Below are positions 14,675 to 24,894 of a stretch of 64,000 bases of DNA, piece by piece. The notes beneath the pieces were generated by a model, which saw nothing but the letters and a program-made list of their open reading frames with translations, was not told where the DNA came from and did not search any database. This stretch comes from Fistulifera solaris (Eukaryota), in assembly GCA_030295235.1 (NCBI GenBank), contig AP026129.1, positions 248,001-312,000 on the forward strand. The letters are read 5' to 3'. A program made the position numbers and the translations under genes. How positions within the stretch are numbered: the first letter of the stretch is position 1; the number at the start of each line of letters is the position of its first letter.

Positions 14675-15197
14675 GATCTTAGTTATTGTGGAGAATCAAT
14701 CATACGAGTATCGTTTGATGATGGCGACTATTTAGAGAAAAATGAAAAAATAATGGCAACATCATGGTCACGTTTTTCATTGGTGGAAGTGGCCGAGACT
14801 GGTTGACGGAGGCCAGACGTTCTCTTAATAGTACGTAGTAGTAAACGACACTAAAATTTTCTTCGTTAACACAAAATAGGCCAACACCGCCTACAGTATG
14901 ATGAAAGTAACTATCTGCCGTTTAGGTTCCATATAGTTAAATGTGATCTGTGAAGACTTCTTCATAAGTCATACTGATACTCGAACTGGCACTGGCACTG
15001 CTACTTGTACGTGCTGCGTGTTCGCAACGCCAGCTTTTGTTTTCCCCAACACAGGCGATGCAGCAAAACGAAAAAAGAACGCGCTCTTTCGAAGTCACGC
15101 GCAGTTTGTTCTCGCCGTCAACAAGACAGAATTTATTTGCAACGACCTTGCGAACAAGCAAAACAATTCAATTTTGATTCAGTTGATATTTTCTATT

Positions 15198-16084
15198 ATG
15201 ATGAATAGCAACATCGGTCCTTCATCACCGGCAGCGAGTCGCGTTCATCATTTCAAGTTGGTACTTCTCGGTGACACGGCAGTAGGCAAGTCGTGCCTAG
15301 TGGTCCGATTCGTCCGTGATGAATTCTTCGAATTTCAGGAGCCTACAATCGGAGGTACGTCTTTACTGTTGTTGTGAGAATCGATAACGTGTTGTATGAG
15401 ATATGTAATACAGCGTGAGAGGAGCGGAAAGCGGTTATGGAACCGCATGAAGCATTGACTACGTTCCAGAGTCGTAGGTCATTTATGTTCTAGCATTTAG
15501 TTCTCACAAATGCCTCTTATCGTCTCTGTTTTCTGTTTTTCAGCGGCATTCTTGACCCAAACAGTGCAGTTGGACGACGCAATGGTCAAGTTTGAAATGT
15601 AAGTAGCGTTATTCTAGAGTGGAATGGGTGCACTGCCTAAATATCTCACGCTTATAATATCATAAAACTGCTTCTTCCAGCTGGGACACAGCTGGACAAG
15701 AAAAGATATCGCAGTCTTGCTCCCATGTATTATCGAGGAGCTTCGGCGGCTATCGTTGTTTATGACATCACCAACCCTGACTCGTTTGCTGGAGCAAAAA
15801 GTTGGGTGAAGGAGCTTCAACGCCGTGGCGACCCCAATGTAGTGATTGCACTTGCCGGTAATAAGGCCGACCTTGAAGGGAGACGCAAAGTGGAATTTGA
15901 AGAAGCTGCTGCGTACGCCGCAGAGAACGGCCTGCTGCACTTGGAAACTTCTGCCAAAAACAGCAATAATGTGAAGGCTTTGTTTGTTGAGATTGCGAAA
16001 AAGCTTCCTAAGAACCCTCCTCAGCCCGAACGCGAGGCGTTCCCTATCATGCCTCAACAGCCGGAAAAGCAAGGATGCTGCTGA
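15198..16084 (+). CDS. RAB5: Rab5-family GTPase; introns 15355-15543 and 15599-15680; extra A near 15702
   Basis: [52 protein letters not shown] and C-terminal CC. Confidence 0.95.
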
Positions 16085-16517
16085 ATATTTTTTCTGTCGC
16101 GTGGCTCTATTTTTCTGCGTTGCGTTGGGGTGAGAATGAAGCTACTTTAGTGAGATACTGCAGGTAGAGTTCTAGCTTTGGCTTCGATGACGAAAGAGGG
16201 GAAGGAAGAGGATGATTTGTAGTCACCATTATCATTCAAAAATATTATTCATCTTTTTTTCGGTGTTACTTCATTTTTTTTCCTTCTCGCGGAGGACCTT
16301 AGAAGCATTTATTCGCATTTCGCCCCGTGGCGTCTGTCTGTAGTCTGACAATGGTTGCGCCGCACACGATGCGATGCTGGTACTGGTAGACGACTGCCGA
16401 TGTGCATGCATTCTCCCTGATATCGATCTTCGCCACATTTGCAAACAGGAGATTGATTCAAAACAGTCTTCCTATCAAATTAAATACTATCGTTAGAAAC
16501 TTACTGATACGACGGAA

Positions 16518-18341
16518 ATGTCAGCCAAACGATCCGCTGAAATTATCGAGGACTCGGAAGATGGCAATTTGAAGCGCAACAAATCGATTGTAAAAAACGC
16601 GAAACATCCATTGCGGAGAGATCTTTCTGCAGGCATGAATCCAGTTACATTACTTACGGGCTATTACGGAGCGAGAGGCGAACGCATTCGCCACGTAGTG
16701 CATGAAGGTGCTCTTCGACTGCCTCAAGATGCATTAGACATTTGTGCGCCAGCGTCTCTGTCGGGCAAGAAGTTTGCTTTGCCGGAGCTCGATTCGGTGG
16801 CTCGACCTACCGTAGATTCTCGGCGGAAAAGCGTTCTGGTGACCGACTTAACCGTAGAAATGGTGGACGGAGAGCCTGATGGAAAACAAATATTGAAAAC
16901 TGTCGCGAATAATCGAGTGATACACCTCGAGGAGGATCCGATGCGAATTCGAGGAGGAGGAGAAGAAGGCGACGATACCGCCGATGCGGATGCGAAAGAT
17001 GTTTTTGACCCACCGAAAGCAACCGGTTCGTTTTCGGACGCAGCGCCTAGTGTTTTCAATGCACCAATGTCGGTTCCAGTTGTAAACACGGCTAGCGAGA
17101 AGGCTGCAACCATTCCCTCAACGGAAGCCGCTGTCGCTGAGACGGCGTCACAGATACCTGCTCAGGCGACTGTAGCTAGTGATTTAAACGAGCAGCAACC
17201 GAGCGTGCAGGCCGAGGTGGTGCCAGACGCTACTATTGTTTCGAATAGCACCACACCTCAGGCTCTCCTTAGCGGTACACCGCCTATAACCGGGACATCT
17301 GAAACAGTTCCTGCTCCGACTCTTCAAGTAGTAGGACTTCCGAAGCAACCCAATCCTGCCTGGGAACAACATATGCCTGGGCCTAATGACGAAATGACAA
17401 TTGATCCAAGCACTACATCCCCCAAACCCGAATGGTTTAACCTTAACAGAGTATCGTCTCTCGAACGATCTTTGCTACCGGAATGGTTTGATGGCAGTGC
17501 ACCTCATCGAACCGAACAATCTTTTCTACAAACTCGAAGTAAACTCATGGACATGTCAGAGAAACTTGGCACTCGCTACCTTACCGCAACAATGGCAAGA
17601 AGATCAGTTCCTGGCGATGCGGGGAGTTTGATGCGTTTGCATGCTTTTCTTTGTTCCTATAACTTAATCAATGAACACTCTTTAAACGATTCGGCTCCCC
17701 TCCCTGTTTCTATGCAAGAGCCGTCTGAGGTCAAAAAGGGTTGGGACGAACCATTGAACGGAAAATTACTGGAAGCCATTGTGAAGGAATCGCGGGAGAA
17801 TCATTCGGGTCCTATCAACTGGGAAAACATTTCCAAACTAGTGGGTCAGGGAAAGAAGCCAGCCGAGTGCGAACAACAGTTTTTGTCAATGCATATTCCG
17901 GAAGAGACGGTTGATGTCTCACTAGAGCGATCCATTACACCCGATGCTACTACTATGAAAGAACGCTCGCTCGATACGGACTTGGATACGGCGACATTAT
18001 CAAAAATTTTGCAGCAGCTCGTAGAGAAAACTGATTCCAATGTTCTCCACAGTGTCACTACTGCTGCCCTCATTTCCACACGAAACAATTTGAGCAGAAC
18101 GCAGCAAGCAGTAGCTGTTGGCCTTGCTGTCAGTCACGCCGAAAAAACTGCAGAAGAGCAAGAGGCACGAGTTGGAGCGATTCTCTCCCAAGTGGTGGAA
18201 CTACGAATGCAGAAACTTGAAAATCGACTGGCTTTGCTAGATGATGTCGAGGGGATGCTGGAAGCGGAGAGGGCTGCGCTGGAGCTAGAGAGACGGGATC
18301 TATACACCGCAAGATGCCGACATTGGTTTCAGGGTCCCTAG
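16518..18341 (+). CDS. SWI/SNF subunit SWI3/SMARCC-like (SWIRM, SANT-like, C-terminal coiled coil)
   Basis: WF...VSSLERSLLPEWF...YLTATMARR..GDAGSLMRLHAFL...LIN (SWIRM); ELRMQKLENRL...LELERRDLY. Confidence 0.85.
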   Translation: MSAKRSAEIIEDSEDGNLKRNKSIVKNAKHPLRRDLSAGMNPVTLLTGYYGARGERIRHVVHEGALRLPQDALDICAPASLSGKKFALPELDSVARPTVDSRRKSVLVTDLTVEMVDGEPDGKQILKTVANNRVIHLEEDPMRIRGGGEEGDDTADADAKDVFDPPKATGSFSDAAPSVFNAPMSVPVVNTASEKAATIPSTEAAVAETASQIPAQATVASDLNEQQPSVQAEVVPDATIVSNSTTPQALLSGTPPITGTSETVPAPTLQVVGLPKQPNPAWEQHMPGPNDEMTIDPSTTSPKPEWFNLNRVSSLERSLLPEWFDGSAPHRTEQSFLQTRSKLMDMSEKLGTRYLTATMARRSVPGDAGSLMRLHAFLCSYNLINEHSLNDSAPLPVSMQEPSEVKKGWDEPLNGKLLEAIVKESRENHSGPINWENISKLVGQGKKPAECEQQFLSMHIPEETVDVSLERSITPDATTMKERSLDTDLDTATLSKILQQLVEKTDSNVLHSVTTAALISTRNNLSRTQQAVAVGLAVSHAEKTAEEQEARVGAILSQVVELRMQKLENRLALLDDVEGMLEAERAALELERRDLYTARCRHWFQGP

Positions 18342-18913
18342 AGTCGTCAGAAAGGGGATATGTTCAGCGTTTATAATCGTGAATGTAATTTCTAAAGTTG
18401 GTATATTGTTATTTTCGTAGTCGCCCCATCCCCATTGTGTCGGTACCGCTACGAAGCGCGAAAAACGAGGTTCCGCCGTCGTTACCAGTACAGGAAAACG
18501 AAGGCTTCCGTGTTGTGTGGGGAAAAAAAGGCCGATCCTTTTGCGCTTAGCCTCATCTCTAAGAAGTCATAGTCGGTCATTGTGTCTTTTCTCTCAAGAA
18601 AAAAGGGTTGAAATTTGGGCCTGATGTCTGACTGCTGACGGCAGACAGATTATGTGCGTAGAAATCCTACGGACGCGGAAAACTCCGTGACGTGTGATAA
18701 AGATCTCCACATTTTCACGAGTATTTGTACTGGTACAAAAACGTCCGTAGATCAAATCAAAAACAAAGGGAGATCATACCAGGTAGCGATTTCCTCCGTC
18801 CCGACAGCACCTCTATTTTGGATGTAGCCCTCCCACAGTTTTCATCCTTCGCTAACCAGTTTAACAACCACAAGGTTTCTCTTAGCATTACACTGCAATA
18901 AAACAGAGCTAGC

Positions 18914-20320
18914 ATGAGTACTCCACATTCAGTGATTCATGCTCGATCATATGTTGAGGAGGTAGAGAAAAAGCCAGACGATGCAAAGGATGCGAAGAAA
19001 AAAGAGTGGTGAGTGATTGATCGGTCATTCTTTGTGTCTTCTCCTAATGTGTCGTTGTAAGAGCGTTGAATACTCCGTTAGGGTTGCGTCTTGGCTGGCT
19101 GTGTATTCCGTTGTCTTAATTAGCTGGTGATCTCGGAAAAGCTATCGCGATTCTTCCGCAGCAGAAGCTAAAGAACCAGTAATGAGTCGCTGCTCAAGTC
19201 GTCACAAAACCCATGTTTGCACCTTTTCTGATTTCATTTACCTTACACTTCAACGTTCACGTAAACGCTTTTGCATTCAAATCAGATGGGCGCCATCGGA
19301 AAGCCTTTTCAAAAGATGCGCCGTCGTTTGACGGTAACGGGCAGCACTGGTAATAGCGAAGATATTGACGGCCGCATGAACTCTAAGGAATCCTTGCCGG
19401 AGATGGCAGAACATGTTTCAAAAGTAAGAACTCCGCCTCCGAAACTCAAGTATCCCCGCTGTGCCGTGACAGAATATTCGGGGGTCTCCAAGAAAGGTCA
19501 CGCGCCATACAATCCTCGCAAGAAGAACCAGGATTCGATTATCATGGCTGATTGCAGTGAAACCAACACACTCATCTTGTGTGTGTTGGATGGGCACGGT
19601 GAACACGGGGATGGTGCGTCGCAGACGTTCCGAGATCAGCTCGTTACGGAAATGTTGAACCATCCAGCCTGGTTCAAAGATGTCAAGCAGGCTTCCAAGG
19701 ATGCTATCGCCAAGGTCGAGCGTAACTTGCTCCGCAACTATCGCATCGATAGCGAATTCAGTGGAACTACTTTGTCGATGGCGATCGTCCGTGGTAACAC
19801 AGTCACGGGTGTGAATATCGGTGACTCGCGAGTCATTTTGGGCAAGCAGGAAGGAGGAAACCTCACGTATCAAGAAATTACTTACGACCACAAGCCCGAT
19901 TCTCCGGCAGAAAAAGAGCGCATTCTCGCTTGCGGGGGTCGTGTCTTTGCCGTCGAATACGACGATGGCATTGATGGCCCTCCTCGTGTCTGGTTGGGCA
20001 ACATGGACATTCCAGGACTAGCGATGAGTCGCTCATTGGGGGACGTTGTGGCCCATTCAGCGGGTGTAATCTCAGATCCCGAGTTCACGGAGTTTGAGCT
20101 CAACCCCGAAACAGACAAGTTCCTGGTCGTTGCCACAGATGGTCTGTGGGAGTTTGTAGATAACCAAGAAACCGTGGAATTCGTGGACTCCCAGCCTGGA
20201 CCTACGGATGCGGTCGACGTATTGGTGACCGAAGCCGCGACAAGGTGGATGCACGAGGAGCAAGTTATCGACGACACAACTATCATCGTCGCCAACTTAT
20301 TTGGCTACAAGTCAAGCTAA
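18914..20320 (+). CDS. Protein phosphatase 2C; probable short first exon from 18914 (splice phase unresolved)
   Basis: NQDS, VLDGHG, SGTT, NIGDSR, DHKPD, GLAMSRSLGD, ATDGLW and DDTT motifs in 19271-20320. Confidence 0.92.
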
Positions 20321-20495
20321 AGATTTCTCTCTTGTTCATAATAACAATAAGGAAGAACGAAAAGGGTACATTTGACGGAAGGAGTGGCTCCTTCCGATAA
20401 GTTCGACACGAAGTGTCATTATAACACAATCTTTAAAAGAAAATGAAAAAATAATCTTTGAAGTATTATAAAGTGCCTGGTTCGTCTTGACTTTT

Positions 20496-20801
20496 CTATG
20501 ATTTTCTTTCTTGTTTGTATCCCTTTGGTAAATCGGCTCTTACTTGGTTCTTCAAATAGCTGTTATCGTCACTAGCATACCAATCTCGCTTGTCAATTTG
20601 ATTGTCTTTACGTTCGTATTCTTCCTTAATTTTTTCTTGAACGTCTTGAAAGTAGGTTGAATCCATTGTTGGGTGATGCACACGACCCCTCCAAACGTTT
20701 TTGCTAATCTGATACGTTTGAAAGCCAAAAAACGTGAAGAGTCCGAGTACAAATCCTTTGTGAGCCACGTTAGCCACTTGAGAGAAAGCTGATGTCGACA
20801 T
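20496..20801 (-). CDS. Small single-TM protein, COX14-like cytochrome c oxidase assembly factor
   Basis: 101 aa; ANVAHKGFVLGL followed by a TM segment resembles the Cox14 N-terminus. Confidence 0.55.
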   Translation of the reverse strand: MSTSAFSQVANVAHKGFVLGLFTFFGFQTYQISKNVWRGRVHHPTMDSTYFQDVQEKIKEEYERKDNQIDKRDWYASDDNSYLKNQVRADLPKGYKQERKS

Positions 20802-21271
20802 GTTTCCTATTCTATAGACTTTAAAAAAAGAATAAATTCATTCAACAGATTCATTTATGTATTCTTCCAATGTGTTTGTTCGGATTGCGTGTCCCTTCTT
20901 TCGCCTCTGCGATGTGCGCTGGCAAAATGGTGATCGAATTATTTTGTTCCGGGTCTCCTTGCCGGGTCTTTCATCTCCGAACTCCGGAAACATCGAAGAC
21001 CGAGCGAAGTACGGACGCAGGGTTTTCAATAACCATAACCTTACTAAGACTACGTAGTAAGCTCCTTGGGAAACCTACATCGTTAACTTCCTACGAGGCC
21101 TACGTGAAATCCACGTAGACATTAAAAGCGTTTCATCTAATGCAATCATGACGGGCATCGCTAATTGGTCCGATGGTTTCGCGAAAGCAAGAATGGTTTA
21201 CTTTTGTTGGGGGGAAGAGCTAGTGACACAAAGGGTGTTCAAACGAAAAGAGACGTTTCTGTCACGCGTCT

Positions 21272-21553
21272 CATGATTGAAATCCAGTCGTGACGAAAGG
21301 TCGCCTACATTTTGGGAGTATAGTGAGCGTACTAGGCAACGATCCGGAAGAATTTTCAACGTGAAAGATCGTGGGATGGGGATGGACGGCATTTACAAAG
21401 AGACAATACTAATACGTATCACTTTGATCAAGAAACGTGCCATCGATTTTTTTAATAATAATTTGAGGAATCAGTGGCAAAAAGTTTAGTAGCGAAAGAG
21501 CTTTTTATTTTTATGGCCCGCGTCTCATGACTCATGACTGAAACATAGTCATG
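21272..21553 (+). repeat. Hairpin-delimited ~260-bp repeat unit, locus A
   Basis: CATGATTGAAATCCAGTCGTG at 21272 and CATGACTGAAACATAGTCATG at 21533; internal blocks match loci B and C. Confidence 0.65.
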
Positions 21554-21799
21554 GATTGATCTCTCATCTATACACTCCGGACGAGAGTGAATTTCGAGCG
21601 GATTGCGGACATTTTGCAATGCGATGCTATGCAAAATAATTGCATTTCAACTCCAATGCGAGACGTTCTGGTGACGATCTTCTGCACTCGAAAAATCATA
21701 GCTATAGCATAAAATCTTCGCTCGCGCTCAACTAAAGCCTTTTACGGCGATAAGTCTCCAAAGAAAGCTTTTAAAACACACAACTCATTCAAACGCAAA

Positions 21800-22909
21800 A
21801 TGGATCGAACAGCGTTCTTGGCAAGTATGCCATTCTTGCTGCCAACATGCCTTGACGATTTCCCTCGCAACGTTGATTACTCAGTTGAGATTCTTCTCAA
21901 AGAAACATTCTGCCTTTCGATCGAACCATCGTCGTGTAAGGGTCCGGCTTACTTTGCTGTCGAAGAACGGTCTGATCCAAGCGTATGCCGTGTCGAATTG
22001 GCCTTATTTTATCGACGCGCTTTAAATGACGAAGACGAGATCGTTGAATCTGCACCTTTTCTCATGGAAGATCGGACATCTTTGGAAAAAGCAGAATATT
22101 CGGCTTTGGGAGTAATGATGCGTATCGAGGGACATCTTTACGTCGTCGATGTTCGTCTCTTACGCGGTTTAAAAATGAGCCTGCCATCCACTGAAGAAGG
22201 TACAGAGCGGCCCGCCTGTTTACTTCTCAATTTCACGTGTTCTATCTTTCGGATTTTCTCAAAATATCCCGATGATCACTCCAAACTTCAACAAGCCAAA
22301 AGCAAGCTTACCAGTCTCATTCAAAAGAATCCTGACAGAGTATGGAAGCAAGGACTTCTTTTTCTTGACACGTCCACCATCGACTCACCTTCCACCACGT
22401 CGACTCGACATAAAGAGAGCCAGAACAGTAGTGTAACTGTAGACGACTCGGCAAAGACAACTATTCGTGGAAATCCAACCGCCAGCGTGCCCGCTGTTGT
22501 GGAACGTTTGCAGAAACGACGTCAATATCAAAACGAATTCAGTGAGAGTTTGACGAAGCTCGACATGATTACCAAACAAATTCCTCATTTATCGGATGCC
22601 GATATGCCTCATTATCAACAAGCTGCTTGTAGCATGATGACAGCTGCAGCCGAAGCGCAAGGAAAAGCGTTTGCTTCACCGTTGGATGTAAGCTTGGCGG
22701 CTCAGCACTTTGAAAGCGTGGCGCACGATGCGTGCGAAAACATTACAATGATATTAGAAGCTTTCTTTCCATCCAAAACTCCCAGCGTTCGCCATGATAT
22801 TGTCTTAGATCTGGAGGCGATGGAGGAACAAGTATCCGAACAATTGCAAAAACGACAGAAGTCTATGACGGAGCGGGCGAATTTGGTGCTCTTCCCGACC
22901 CGTGGGTAA
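21800..22909 (+). CDS. Hypothetical protein (369 aa)
   Basis: Long intact ORF with no recognised motif. Confidence 0.6.
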   Translation: MDRTAFLASMPFLLPTCLDDFPRNVDYSVEILLKETFCLSIEPSSCKGPAYFAVEERSDPSVCRVELALFYRRALNDEDEIVESAPFLMEDRTSLEKAEYSALGVMMRIEGHLYVVDVRLLRGLKMSLPSTEEGTERPACLLLNFTCSIFRIFSKYPDDHSKLQQAKSKLTSLIQKNPDRVWKQGLLFLDTSTIDSPSTTSTRHKESQNSSVTVDDSAKTTIRGNPTASVPAVVERLQKRRQYQNEFSESLTKLDMITKQIPHLSDADMPHYQQAACSMMTAAAEAQGKAFASPLDVSLAAQHFESVAHDACENITMILEAFFPSKTPSVRHDIVLDLEAMEEQVSEQLQKRQKSMTERANLVLFPTRG

Positions 22910-23024
22910 TAAAGCCGCAAACCACGACACAAATAATTTCATGGTAGTTGTAGACACATATCAATCGTCTCATAAATATGAATGGAAATAAAGAATGTAA
23001 CAGAATGATATCGCCTGATCGACG

Positions 23025-24095
23025 CTACTCGACGTTTTGAATTTGTTTCAAAATGCTGTCCGCTTCCGCGATCGTAATTCGTTTCAGGTCAAACTTTACC
23101 TCGGCCCAGTTTTCGAGCGATTTGCTCGGGGAACTCTTCGCCACCCAGATACGCCACGCTTTAGTTCGATCCGGTGACCAACGCACACCTTGTCCTACGA
23201 TCTCATCGTTCACGAATTGAAAGACTTCTATGGATTGATCTTCGTTTTCGATTTTGCCCACACCAAATCGCTTATTCCGAGCAAATGTTCCTTCAAAACG
23301 AAGACCCGACGCGTAATAATAGCGTCCTGTGCCGTGCATGAAATTGGTTTCCCAATCTCCCCAATAAGCGTCACCGTTCGAATAATAAAATCGCCCCTGC
23401 CCATGGCGTTTACCCATTGCGTAAGCTCCATCATAGACATCTCCGTTGGGATAGCGACGATATCCGTGACCGTGCATCTTATCCTCGTGCCATTCTCCAA
23501 GATATTCACCTTTATCGGGACCAGCTGGATTGATACTGACTCCAAAGACCAAGAGTCCTCGTCCTTCTCGTAAGTCGTTATCAAAATGACCACGAAAGAT
23601 GTCTCCATTACTCCAAACGAGTTCTCCTTCGCCGTGTTTCTCACCGTAATCATTGTATGGACCGTTGTACTTTGCCGTTCCGGGTACTAACTGCTGCGCA
23701 ATGGCAGAAATGGAACGAATATCGTCGTCGCTGAATCGACAGCGACGTGGTTGCGGCTCCTCGAGCGTCTTGGGAATAGCACAACAGACCATGCACTTTC
23801 CTTCATCGACAAGGAGCGGGACAGTCAACGGAATACGCTCGGGTGCTTTATCATTTCCACACAACAGAGCCCATCGCGTCTTTAGTTGAAAGAGCTGCTG
23901 TCCACAAGAAGGGCAATGTCCCGTCTCTGCGCGTTCACTCGCCAGCGCCGCTGGACTTGGTTGCAAAGGCCACAGTAACTGTTGTATCACAATCTCTTCG
24001 GGTTCGTCTTCAAATTCTTCTTCCAAATTGTAGCGACTCGGATCATGATCGCTGAATCCTCGTAACGGGATGATTTCTGTAGGTACTTGTTTCAT
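23025..24095 (-). CDS. MORN-repeat protein with N-terminal CxxC...CxxC module
   Basis: Repeated Y.G.W...MHG.G.Y.Y.NGD.Y units; CPSCG...PLTV...GKCMVC. Confidence 0.85.
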   Translation of the reverse strand: MKQVPTEIIPLRGFSDHDPSRYNLEEEFEDEPEEIVIQQLLWPLQPSPAALASERAETGHCPSCGQQLFQLKTRWALLCGNDKAPERIPLTVPLLVDEGKCMVCCAIPKTLEEPQPRRCRFSDDDIRSISAIAQQLVPGTAKYNGPYNDYGEKHGEGELVWSNGDIFRGHFDNDLREGRGLLVFGVSINPAGPDKGEYLGEWHEDKMHGHGYRRYPNGDVYDGAYAMGKRHGQGRFYYSNGDAYWGDWETNFMHGTGRYYYASGLRFEGTFARNKRFGVGKIENEDQSIEVFQFVNDEIVGQGVRWSPDRTKAWRIWVAKSSPSKSLENWAEVKFDLKRITIAEADSILKQIQNVE

Positions 24096-24894
24096 GAGTG
24101 ACAGCTTGTGTAACAGAGGGTATTGTCAACGTCGAGAGGGAGAGAGAGAGAGCTATCGATGAGCTGTTGTGTCGAGCTGCAATTGTGACAAAAGAATGAT
24201 ATTTCACATCGCGCAAGACACAGTGTCACGGGGCAAGATGGGAAAGCGTGATGAAGAACATCATGTGTGTTTTAGTGGAAGTGACACTTTCCTATTCCCG
24301 TCAAGGAGTGTCCAAGGGAGTGACGCAACAGGCAACCGAGAAGGTGCGGCTGTATGGTGCGAATGTTTTTGCATTATTCGTTTCCTTATTGGTGGGAGCA
24401 TTTGGGAGTATCCGGTACATGGTGGGTACATATTATTCTAGATGGATCAAGAATCTCGCTTTGCTAAAACAACTTTCTACTTCGTAATGATTTCACTGTG
24501 ACATATTTTTGTTTTTGAACTAGGATTCAACGTCATTCTTCATCTTTACCAGGTACGCTCACACGACATCGCTGTTGATGACAAACCCCAAAGATGATAC
24601 TACTAGCATGTTTTGTTATTCGACAAGTCGTATTTCAAACATAAATAATTCCCCCGTGATCTCTACAAACACATTAAGCAACACATGAAATGAACTAAGC
24701 TGTTACCTGAAACGAAGATTTTCGATTGACCTTCGATCGACTCATTGTTGTGGGAAGGCCGTATTTCACACAGAAAGATTGACACATTTGAGTTTACGAA
24801 TCGTGTACAGTTTGTCAAGAAGGATTGGCTGATCCGATACCTTTAAAAGGTTTTCCTCGTGAAGCTATTGACAGCTTCGATCCAAACTTCCATC

